Shown piece by piece: positions 1-11,704 of a stretch of DNA of 64,000 bases. The translations under genes were made by a program, and so were the position numbers. Origin of the DNA: Raja brachyura (lineage: Eukaryota); the NCBI GenBank assembly GCA_963514005.1, contig OY740812.1:27466001-27530000 (forward strand), read 5' to 3'. The notes below the pieces were generated by a model, which saw only the letters and a list, made by a program, of their open reading frames with translations, searched no databases and was not told the DNA's origin. Every line of letters starts with the position of its first letter. The stretch's first letter is position 1.

Positions 1-1542
1 TCTACAAATTGCTAGGATGCAAAAGTAGGATAGCATAGAACTAGTGCAAAGGTGATCATTGGTCAGCTTGGACTTGGTGGGGCGAAGGGCCTGTTTCCAC
101 ACCGTATCTCTAAATTAAACTAAACATTATCACAGAAAGTAATCAAACATCAAAATGTGCATCAGGATTCCCATTTTTGTATTTCCTAAAATGCACATGT
201 GAAATTGTAGAAATTAACCTGTGTCGTAGAGTCCTAGAGTCACACAGCACAAAACAGATTATTCGGCCCAACTCGTCCATGTCAGGCAAGTCCTCATCTA
301 AGCTGGTCCTCTTTGGCCCATATCCTTCTAAACCGTTCCCATCCATGAACTGTCCAAGTGACAGTTAAATGTTGTTGTTCTACCAGCCTCAATGACCTCC
401 TCTGGCAGCTGGTTCCATATACCCAACACCCTCTGTGTGAAAAATACTCCATGGCCATCTTCAATACAAAGTTTCTGATATTGAATAAATTCCAAAATCT
501 AATTCAGATTTTCCTTAATTTTGTCTTCAGTGGAGGAAATTTATACACGCATGAAAGGGTTAATCAACGGTTCCCCCTCTGTTATCAGGCTTCTGAATGG
601 TCCTTGCATAAGTTGGGGTACTGCCTGATTCACCTCTACCTCACTGTGAACATTAGACTTTGTCTATTGAACTGGTGCTCTACCGCGCTGAGAACTATAT
701 TCTGCGCTCTCTATCGTCATCTTTGCTCTACCTATTGTATCTTAATTTGACTTGATTGTATTTATGAATGATATTATCTGATCTGACAGCAAGCAAAACA
801 AAGCTTTTCACCGCACCTTGGTAGATGTGAAAATAATAAACCCAAACTTTCGGCAAGCAATGCCACCCAGTATGGGTAAATGAAGTATCTACACCGTAAA
901 TGTCCCAGTATTGCACTGCAGTTACAATATGAGAATGATGGGAATATTGCAAGTATTTCTAAAAATATTTAAGATTCCTCCAAGTTAGTGTGGAACTGAA
1001 AGACCTGCTGTAAGAGATCAGTAAGGAAAATCCATAAATATTCGAATAACAAAATCTCATTGCTAAAGAGGAAGAACTCTCCTGTCACACGGACAATACC
1101 AAAATATGGCCAACAGCAGAGAATAAATGGCAGAGGAATCAAAACTGAAATGAAATGTTATCATTGGATGACCTGCATCTGTGAGTAGGGTGATAGATTG
1201 TTCAAGATTATGTGAAGCAACTTAATACAACAGACCTTACAAAGAAAGGGAATCTATTTGTGAAAGTGATCACGTCACCCAACTGAATAACCAACCAACT
1301 TCTATTCTAATCAAGCACTCGGTGGTGATGAGAAAGATAGCTGGTCATAAAGGTTATAGATTGTGGAGGAACTGATCTTCTGCTAGGAAGACAACAGTTT
1401 GCAATTATCTGACACACAACTCGTGTTAATCCTCACAGAGTGTTAGGGTGGGAACAGGTCTATTGGTTACAGTTCAATTCCCCGTCCAGTTCTGAACACA
1501 AGGAGTAGAGGAGTTAAGGGTGATCAAAGCTTAACTTAACTA

Positions 1543-2033
1543 CAGGGCCACCACTGCTTTTCCAGCAGCTGATAGTGCAGAATTTCCTTTAAACCCGACA
1601 ATATCAAGAGAAACCACTTGGAATCCCCTTCAGAATTTCCCCAAAAATGTGGTCCCTAGGTCGGGTGAGGCGAGCGGTCTTGACCTCATCGGGATCTCTG
1701 TGCCGATTGGCGGGTCGAATTTGTCCCCTGCAGCTGGAGCTCTGGAACTCCAGCCGGGCCGAAGCTGGCAGGTCCGTTCCCATAGCCGATGTCCGATGCC
1801 AACTCTGCGGGTATCTTGGCTCCCCAGCGGGCAAGGCAGACCGTTCTGGTACCATGGGACTCTGTTGGTCAGGCAAAATGGATAATCCAGTCTGAAGAAG
1901 GGTCTCGACCCGAAACATCACCTATTAATTTTCTCCAGAGATGCTGCCCGACCCGCTGAGTTACTCCAGCTTTTTGTGTCTAATCCAGAAATGCTCTGGA
2001 ACCAAGGGTGCCAGAAAAACAGTGGAGGACCTG
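1543..2033. mobile_element. Tigger/pogo-like MITE
   Basis: TA|CAGGGCCACCACTG at the left end and CAGTGGAGGACCTG|TA at the right: imperfect TIRs with a TA duplication. Contains a 90-bp retro-insertion. Confidence 0.65.
1891..1980 (+). mobile_element. Penelope-like terminal-repeat mini-insertion with hammerhead motif
   Basis: 8-bp TSD taatccag. Begins tCTGAAGAagggtctcgacccGAAAcATC. A second copy at about 2140-2231 has TSD acagtc and a G-to-A change in GAAA. Confidence 0.7.
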
Positions 2034-5000
2034 TACCGAGATTATCAGATTCACAATGCACTGCACTCTGAATGTCTACTAATTTTGGTCCCGCAGCCGA
2101 AACCATCAGATTAAACACAGCAGAAGAGAGGAAACAGTCTGAAGAAGGGTCTCGACCCAAAACGTCACCCATTCCTTCTCTCCAGAGATACTGCCTGTCC
2201 CGCTGAGTTACTCCAGCTTTTTGTGTCTACCACAGTCCTTTTATTTACATTTTTCATATACACCTTTTACATACACCTTCCTTGGCCTGAGGCTATTCTA
2301 AAGCAATTAGTCACCTTCGTTCCATAACACTCTAATTACTGAAATAATTCATTCACATCTTTCCATTAAAACAATTCTTCACAATACCAGTTTAAATTAC
2401 CATTACACTAATTTAAATTAAGTTCCACTGACCCTGCTTTCCCAGATTACACCTTGCATGCTTTATATGTTTATTTAACATTTTATATACCCGTGAGCTT
2501 TTAGTAGTTACCTCTGTTCTGGAAGGTAAAGCATGATTTTCTTTCATAATTACTTACTACCACTCATTTTAAATTTCCACAATCAGACTTCAAACCTCCC
2601 AGCACAGTAGAGTAACGCCGTGTTTTAAACAGATCATGGGGGTGGAGGGGAATGGTGTCCGTTATCGCTGATTATCCATTATATGTGTAAAGAAAAAAAC
2701 GAGTAATAAAGTATCATTGCACAAGTGGTAGAAGTAAAGAACTGCAGATGCTGGTTAATACATAAAAGGACACAAAGTGCTGGAGTAACTCAGCGGGTCA
2801 GGCAGCATCTCTGGAGAACATGGATAGGTGACGTTTCGGCTGGGGACTCTTCTTCAGACTGGGCCTGGAATCCAGGCAGCTTGACATCCCCGGCCTGCTG
2901 TCGTCCATGGGAGAGGCGAGGATCAGCGAAGTCGATGGTCACGGCCCGCGGGCGGCCAGAGTGCTGGTGGAGGGTTGGGGATGGCAGCGGCAAGCGTCAG
3001 GTGGAGACGGCCAGGGAAGCTGTGTGGGCCGACGGTGGTGGCAGGAGGTCCGGCCTGGCAGCCGGTGTGGGCAAGGGGTGGTATTGGCGGTGAAGATCGG
3101 TAGAACTGCTCCTGAAGCAGACAAGGCAGTGGTGGTGCAGGTTGCCGGCAGCTTCACTGGTCCTGGTCTCGGAGAGAGCGGGGAGATGTGGAATGTAGCT
3201 GCTGTTTTACCCGGTACCACTGCAGGTGTCAGCCTTGCAGCATTCGGGTGACAGCACAATCCAGCGGTGGGTCGCGCCCTGAAACGTCACCTATCCACGC
3301 TCTCCAGAAAAACTGCCTGATCCGCTGAGTTATTCCAGCACTTTGTGTCCTTCAACATTGCACAAATGTCCATCGAAGCAATTGCTTGTCAATTTCAATG
3401 GCCTCCCGCAGCCTGTGTTCTCAAGGAGACTGTGGTATCTGATTACTGTGAGGATGCTGTGTCTGCTATAACTGAAACACATTATAACGAGTGTAGGAAG
3501 GAACTGCAGATGCTGGTTTAAACCGACGAGAGACACCAAAAGCTGGAGTAATTTAGCCGGTCAGGCAGCATCTCTGGAGAGAAGGAAGGGGTGACGTTTC
3601 GGGTCGAGACCCCTCTTGACTGAGGTCGAATAACTCATTGCTGCTCTGGACAATGGTCATGAACATTAACACTGACAAGCATCTCCTCCCATTGTTTCCT
3701 CCCAGAAAGCAGAAAGTCTACAGAAGGACATACAGTTTGGCCAAAGAAGTAGCAGACAGAATACAGTGTAGCATAGTGTGGAGTCATGCATTTTGGTAGT
3801 AGGAATAAAGGTGCCGACTATTTTCTAAATGGGGAGAGAATTCAGAAATTGGAAGTACAAAGGGACTTGGGAGTGCTGGTGCAGGATTCCCGGAAAGTTA
3901 ATTTGCAAGTCGAATCAGAAGAAAGGCAAACGCAAGGCTAGCATTTGTTTCAAGAGGGCTAGAATACAAAAATAGGGATGTAATGGTGAGGCTTTATAAA
4001 GAGCTGGTCAGACCGCAGTTGGAGTATTGTAAGGTTAATTCCCGGGATGGCTGGACTGACATATGATGAAAGAATTGGACGACTGGGCTTGGATTCACTG
4101 GAATTTAGAAGGATGAGAGGGAATTTTATAGAAACACATAAAACTCTTAAAGGATTGGACAGGCTAGATGCAGGAAAAATCAATGTCCCAGAGTTCACAG
4201 AGTTAGAATAGAGAGGAGCATTCTTCCTCTGGTGTAGTGTCTTTGCTGAATGTTCTTCAGGTCAGCTTCAGTTCCAGGAGCGCTGCCAATATCCCATGCC
4301 AATATAATTCACCTTCCCATTAAGAAATCCATGCTTGCTTTATTGAGTATGTGCCACATTTAAGTGGTGTTAGCCAATCGTGAACTTAAGCCCACTGCTG
4401 GGAAATAAGCCAAGGAACAGTTGGATGCAGACAGAAATGATGATAATACGCAGGCAGCATGCATATAGTATTCTGCCCACACTGGGTCAAATGGCTCTTC
4501 CTAAAGATAGACACAAAATCCTGGAGTAACTCAGTGGGTCAGGCGGCATCTTTGTGGGAACGGAATAGGTGATGTTTCGGGTCGAGACCCTTCTTCAGGC
4601 TGAGAGTCAGGAGAGAGGGAGATTAGAGGTATGGAAAGGTACAGAACAAATCAGAGCCGGCGCCGATGACTCAGGAAAGGTGGACCCATTGATCAGCCAC
4701 TCGACTTCCAGTATTTTCACCTCTCCAAAACTGTGACAGAGGGAAACGTTTTATGCACAATTGCAAATCGAAGATCTATTTCATCCGATACAATACTTCT
4801 TAAAGAGACTGTGGTGTCTGATTACTGTGGGGTTGCGGTGTCTGCTATAAGTGAAACACATTATAAAGAGTGTAGGAAGGAACTGCAGATGCTGGTTTAA
4901 ACCGACACCAAAAGCACCATAGAATTCCAGAGAATTGCCCCAAAATGAGTTGTCAGATTTTAAATTTAGCTCCAAGATTACCATTTTGAAATCACACAGA

Positions 5001-5527
5001 CCTCTGCTCTAGGTTGATAATTAATTTTAGATCCATTCTGGTTTTAGCCACTGAGTGAAAATAATCTTGAAAGCCTTGGAAGTGATTTGAAGAAAGTTCA
5101 AGAGGGTGACGTCTAATGTGAAATATGACAATAATGAAGAAATTGAAAACAATATTATTGATAAATTGAACAAACCTCCTGTATGTGGACTTTGTCAATG
5201 GAGCTGATATGCTACAATGCTGAGAACTATATCCTGCACTCGCTATCTTGCTCTTTGCTCGATCCATTGAATTTGAGTTTGACTTGATCGTATTCATGTG
5301 TGATACATCTGATCTATTTGGGTGGCATGACAGTAATAAACCTAAACCTAAAACCTACAGCAGTTCTTCAACGATAAGAAGGAAGGGCAAGAGAATTTCA
5401 TACTCCTGGCTAATACTCAAAAAAGCAGAAATAGTATCGGGACACTTATCCTATCCAATCAATTCATGAGTTTAAAAGCCACAACCAGGTTACCTCTAAG
5501 TCTCCGCTGTCCTGATTCTTACAAGTG

Positions 5528-6235
5528 AAGCATCCGGCACTCACCATCAACAACACCACAGTCACATCTGTGGAGTCATTTAAGTTCCTTGGAACTATCA
5601 TCTCCAGGGACCTTAAATGGGAGGCCACCATCGACTCCATAGTCAATAAGGCCCAACAGAGGATGTACTTCCCGCGGCAGCTGAGAAAACATAATCTGCC
5701 ACAGGCAATGATGGATGGTCCAGTTTTATACTTCCATCAGAGAGTCTGTCCTCACCTTCTCCATCATGGTCTGGTTTGGCTCAGCCACCAAGCACGACAT
5801 CCGGAGGCGGCAGTGCATCGTTCGATCAGCCAAGAAGGTTGGTGGCTGCAACCTTCCCCCCCTCAACGAACTGCACATTGCTAGGGGCCAGGAAGCGAGC
5901 GGGTTAGATCATCTCTGACCCCTCTCACCCTCACCACAAACTCTTTGAATCACTTCACTCCGGAAGGCGACTCCGGACTGTCAAAGCCGCCACAGCCAGA
6001 CATAAAAACTACTTTTTTTCCACGAGCAGTAGCTCTACTCAACAATCAAAAGTCTGAAGCCTCCTTTTCCTCTGGTATTTTATTTAATTCTTCTCACGTT
6101 TAAATTACAATATTTTATTTGTAATTGTTTTACTGCATATCGTGTTGTTACTTGCACGCAAAGCACCAAGGCAAATTCCTTGTAAGTATACATATTTGGA
6201 TAATAACATTTATTCAATTCAATTTAATTCAGTTC
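5528..6235 (+). mobile_element. Rex1/L2-like LINE 3' fragment
   Basis: VESFKFLGTIISRDLKW...KAQQRMYF.RQLRK and ESVLTFSIMVWFG motifs, with an (attca)n-like tail. Confidence 0.85.
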
Positions 6236-8230
6236 AATCCAGCAGTGCTTTAGATGCCAGCATCAGTTTAGTGTGGGTACTGCAAGTTCCTTTTGCTGTC
6301 TATTTTCAATCAGGGCATTGAGTACATAAGCAGAGAGGTTTTTACTTTTAGAGACACAGGCCCTTCGGCCCACCGAGTCCACACCGACCAGCAATCCCCG
6401 CCAATTAACCGACAAATCTGTACGTCTTTGGAGTGTGGGAGGAAACCGAAGATCTCAAAGAAAACCCACGCGGTCACGGGGAGAACGTACAAACTCTGTA
6501 CAGACAGCACCCGTAGTCGGGATCGAATCCGGGTCTCCAACGCTGCAAGCGCTGTACGGCAGCAACTCTACCGCTGCGCCACCGTGGCCGCTTCATAAAA
6601 TATTGGCTGAGCCGCAGCTGGAAAAAAGGGATGTCGTTCTGGTCGCCACACGACAGGAAGGACATGATCACACTGGAGAGTGCGTAGAAGTTCACTTGGC
6701 TGTAGAAACAAGGACCTGCAGACGCTGGTTTACAAAAGAAGACACAAAGTGCTGACTAACTCAGTAGATCAGGCAGCTTCTCTGGGGAACATGGATAGGC
6801 ACCGTTCCTTTGGACTATTAGTTTGGGGGGGGGGGGAGAAAGCTGGATAAAGGGTGGGGGCAGGACAAAGGTATGTAGGTAAATTGCCTTGGCAAATGTA
6901 AAAATTGGCCCTAGTATGTGTAGAATAGTGTTAATGTGCAGGGATTGCTGGCCAGCGCGGACCAGCCCGGTGTTTCCACACTGCATCTCTAAACTAAACT
7001 AAAAAACTAAAGCCAGCTCAGTGGTAGGTGGCTTGGGTAGCTCACAAACAATAAATGGTCCAATTTTAGGTAACTAACCAAGATCCCACCCCTCTCTTTA
7101 TTCTTCCCCTCGCTTCCTTGTTGCCTACCAAGAAGTGAACTAATTTCTCCCACTATCTTGCCCCCTCTTTCCCCTTCCACTGAAAGAGTTAGTTATTAAT
7201 TGATTGTTGTCATATTTAAGCTTTCCTGGTGTAAAAGGCCAATTGTAATGCATGATGGGATTTGGACAACTCCCATCGTGACAAGGTTTTTTTTTAACTT
7301 AAGTTGAATAGTTCACGGCTCTCTTACAAGGTTTTTTATGCAAGTTGAAAAGTTCGCAGTTTTTTACAAATTTTGTTTAGGTAAGTTGAAGAGGTTAATC
7401 AGATAAGAAGGGGCCCAGAGGATGCCATTGGGGTGTCTGGCTTTTGGCAAAGAGTGAAAAACAACTCCATATTTGGAGGTGGAAGATGATTTTTTGTACA
7501 TTTCCGTCATGCAATTTGTTTTATATCTGTAGGTATATAAGCTTGAGTTCTCTGGTATTTCTTTGTGTGTGCTGCTGGAGATTCAGACGTGAAACTGTAG
7601 CCTCTGGGTCTCGAGATTCCACACCCGTCAGACGTTAAATTAAAGCTTTGTATGGTCTTAAGAATTTGTATTTTGTCTATCTTTTTAAGTGAACTTTTTC
7701 ACCACTACATTCCATCCTCTGGCCTCACAATTCACGCATCTTCCCCGCTTATCTCACAGCCTTTGGTCTTCTTTGCATCTGTGGCCATCGTTCACCAGTC
7801 TGCCAAAGAATCCACCTTTACCTGTATCCACCTGTCACTTGCCTGACTTTGTCCCACCCCCACCTCTCTTCCAGCTTTCTCCACCTTTACTACAATCGGC
7901 CTGAAGATGTGTCCCGGCCCGATACATTATTGCCTATCCATGTTTTCCAGACATGCTGCCTGACCCACTGAGTTACTCCACCATTTTGTGCTTTTGTTGC
8001 TCAATGACAATATAATTTGGAGTTAATGATGTTCCCATCCACTATCACACAAAGCCAGTTAAAGCATTTGGAGATCATCTTTTCAACATTATTTCTGGAT
8101 GAGCACTTAAATCTTGTACATTTACTAGCTTCGACTGCTTCCTTCTATTCCATACTCACCACACATGTTCCTGTGGACATATTGAATACCATATTACTTT
8201 AATAAAACATAATTTAATAAAGTTTCTTAC

Positions 8231-8297
8231 CAATGTCTGTGTGGCGTTTCCTGCCTCATTGAAATGTCGTTCAATGTAATGCGCTGACAGCAAATCA
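8231..8297 (-). CDS. ADAM11: ADAM11-like coding exon 4 (prodomain)
   Basis: Acceptor ttttttactcag, donor gtaaga, 67 nt. Phase 2 start matches exon 3. Reads (H)DLLSAHYIERHFNEAGNATQTL, typical of the ADAM11/22/23 prodomain. The next exon was not found in the window. Confidence 0.85.
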
Positions 8298-10087
8298 CTG
8301 AGTAAAAAAGCAGAGTAAAATCAGACTTGTCAGTGGTTAGAAGATTTATTGGTAGGTCAGAACCAAGTGAGCAAATGTCAAAGCCCAAAATCATGAATAT
8401 TTACAGTTACAGGAGACATCCAATGACAGAAGCCTATATATTTTTCTATTTCTTCCTCTAATTAACTTCCAACATTAGTAATGCTCCATTACCTTGCCCA
8501 AAGACAATCTTGTTTATTAATCACGGTACGTAAAAATGTTCTTTGGCTTTGACCCAAATTTGTTATTTTACTGCTCTAAAATCATGCCCCTCAGTTCTGC
8601 TGTAAAAATGTTACACTATTAAGGCTATTTCATTTACATATTCCATTTACAGATTTCAGTAAAGTCGTCCTTCATCTCCTCACTAATTTGCCAGGTCTAT
8701 CGTCATATAGCTCACATTCGTTATGACACCTGCCCTAAGCCACTTCCAGGACATTGAAGGTTAGTTTGCCAAGGCGAGAATTAGCTGTAACGTTAACATT
8801 ATGGGTGGCAGAGTGGTATAGTTGGCAGGGCACTCGGGGCCCTCGTTCAATCCTGATCTTGAGTGCTATTTGTGTGGAGTTTGCAAGTTCTTCCTTTCAT
8901 CAGAAGATTGGAACAAGATGCAGGAGTATCTCAGCGGGACAGGCAGCTTCTCTTTAGAGAAGGAATGGGTGACGTTTCGGGTCGGGAATCTTCTTCAGAC
9001 TGTGGCTGGATGGGGGTTGGGCGAAGATGGAATAATCGAAACAGGGTCTCTGGTGGTGTGAGACAGAAGCTCTACCCGTTGTGCCACTGAGCTGCCCTTA
9101 TATTTAACTGATTCGTCTCCAAATTCAAAAATTGAGGTGCAGGATACCAAGAATATTGACCTCAACTAAACACAGTGAAATCACATTATGGATGCAGAGT
9201 TTAAACAATTTCCTTTGATGTATACTATGCCATTTTGCAGTCCCCCCAAATACACTTGTGGATGTCGGTCTGACACAAACTACTCCTTATTTAGTGCAAT
9301 TCCCCTCATGGACCTGATTCCTTCGAACTGATACTCCATCAAATATAGATCTTTGTCTTCCTTTGACCTACAGCAAGTAATGCCATCCTCTTCAAACATA
9401 TTAATTAGAACAATTGAGGAATTTAGAACAAAAGGCTTGGTGATCAATACTAAGCTTAGGTATTATATCTACATTTATGTGTGAGCAACACTACACTTGA
9501 TCTATCACTTTTACTCGGCCAGTCCCTGGAGCACACACAAGGCAATGGGGAATGTCATTGTAGGTTAGAATGGGAGACTTTTAAAGACACTCTGGACCTA
9601 GAATTACATACCAGCTGAAACAGAGAGTGCATTAAATGAGGAAGTATGCTCACACTGCTAATACACAGGGACTGGGGGAAATATCTGATTCCATTCTCCT
9701 ATCATTCAGTTCTATGGTGGCTTTGATATAAATTATTCTCCAGTTATCGGGTTTTAACCTGAGAAGTTTGTTCCTTCATTTTTGCCAAGTGAGTACAAGT
9801 AAAACATGGATAAAGTGTTTAATTTAGTTTAGTGATACAGCATGGAAATAGGCCAATCGGCCCACTGAGTCCAGGCCAACCATCAATCATCCGTTCACAT
9901 TAGTTCTATGTTATCCCACTTTCTCATCCACTATCTACGCACTAGGGCAATGGTCAGCAACCTTGTTCTGCATAGCAGCCGGGACGTATGTCTGTGAGCG
10001 GATGGCAGGCCACATCTATCACATGTGCACATGGATCCCGCCCCCATCCCGCCATGGATGGCAGGCAGCAAATCACATGTTCACTTA

Positions 10088-11704
10088 CAGTGGCTTGCAA
10101 AAGTTTTCATACCACTTGAACTTTTCCACATTTTGTCACGTTACAACCACAAACGTAAATGTATTTTATTGGGATTTTATGTGATAGACCAACACAAAGT
10201 GGAGCATAATTGTGAAGTGGAAGGAAAATGATACATGGTTTTCAAATTTTTTTACAAATAAAAAACCGAAAAGTGTGGTGTGCAAAAGTATTCAGCCCCC
10301 TTTACTCTGATACCCCTAAATAAAATCCAGTGCAACCAATTGCCTTCAGAAGTCACCTAATTAGTAAATAGAGTCAACTTGGGTGTAATCTAATCTCAGT
10401 ATAAATACAGCTGTTCCGTGAAGGCCTCAGCAGGTTTGTTAGAGAACATTAGTGAACAAACAGCATCATGAAGCCCAAGGAACACACCAGACAGGTCAGG
10501 GATAAAGTTGTGGAGAAGTTTAAAGCAGGGTTAGGTTATAAAAAAATATCCCAAGCTTTGAACATCTCACGGAGCACTGTTCAATCCATCATCCGAAATT
10601 GGAAAGAGTATGGCACAACTGCAAACCTACCAAGACATGGTCGTCCACCTAAACTGACAGGCCGGGCAAGGAGAGCATTGATCAGAGAAGCAGCCAAGAG
10701 GCCCATGGTAACTCTGGAGGAGCTGCAAAGATCCACAGCTCAGGTGGGAGAATCTGTCCACAGGACAACTATTAGTCGTGCACTCCATAAATCGGGCCTT
10801 TATGGAAGAGTGGCAAGAAGAAAGCCATTGTTGAAACAAAGCCATAAGAAGTCCCGTTTGCAGTTTGCCACAAGCCATGTGGGGGACACAGCAAACATGT
10901 GGAGGAAGGTGCTCTGGTCTGATGAGACCAAAATTGAAGTTTTTGGCCTAAATGCAAAATGCTATGTGTGGCGGAAAACTAACACTGCACATCACCCTGA
11001 ACACACCATCCCCACTGTGAAACATGGTGGTGGCAGCATCATGCTGTGGGATGCTTTTCTTCAGCAGGGACAGGGAAGCTGGTCAGAGTTGATGGGAAGA
11101 TGGATGGAGTCAAATACAGGGCAATCTTGGAAGAAAACCTGGTAGAGTCTGCAAAAGACTTGAGACTGGGGCGGAGGTTCACCTTCCAGCAGGACAATGA
11201 CCCTAAACATACAGCCAGAGCTACAATGGAATGGTTTGGATCAAAGCATATTCATGTGTTAAAATGGCCCAGTCAAAGTCCAGACCTAAATCCAATTGAG
11301 AATCTCTGGCAAGACTTGAAAATTGCTTTTCACAGATGCTCTCCATCCAATCTGACTGAGCTTGAGCTATTTTGCAAAGAAGAATGGGCAAACATTTCAG
11401 TCTCTAGATGTGCAAAGCTGGTAGAGACATACCCCAAAAGACTTGCAGCTGTAATTGCAGCGAAAGGTGGTTCTACAAAGTATTGACTCAGGGGGGCTGA
11501 ATACATTTGCACGCCACACTTTTCAGTTTTTTATTTGTAATAACATTTGGAAACCATGTATCATTTTCCTTCCACTTCACAATTATGCACCACTTTGTGT
11601 TGGTCTATCACATAAAATCCCAATAAAATACATTTACGTTTGTGGTTGTAACGTGACAAAATGTGGAAAAGTTCAAGGGGTATGAAAGCTTTTGCAAGCC
11701 ACTG
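10088..11704 (+). mobile_element. Full-length Tc1-family DNA transposon (IR/DR type)
   Basis: TA|CAGTGGCTTGCAAAAG at the left end and CTTTTGCAAGCCACTG|TA at the right. TIRs of about 213 bp (10088-10300, 11491-11704) and a TA target duplication. Confidence 0.97.
10468..11486 (+). pseudogene. Tc1 DD34E transposase with one frameshift near 11047-11051
   Basis: HTH region with GRPPK, then WSDETK and QQDNDPKH...SPDLNPIE (D-34-E). Split between ORFs 10468-11145 and 11046-11486; one G is missing in the W-G-C codons. Confidence 0.93.

Noticed and set aside
7280-7390. Three degenerate units of about 40 bp (acaagg-Tn-aagttgaa)
   Set aside because: A short decayed tandem duplication with no further structure.
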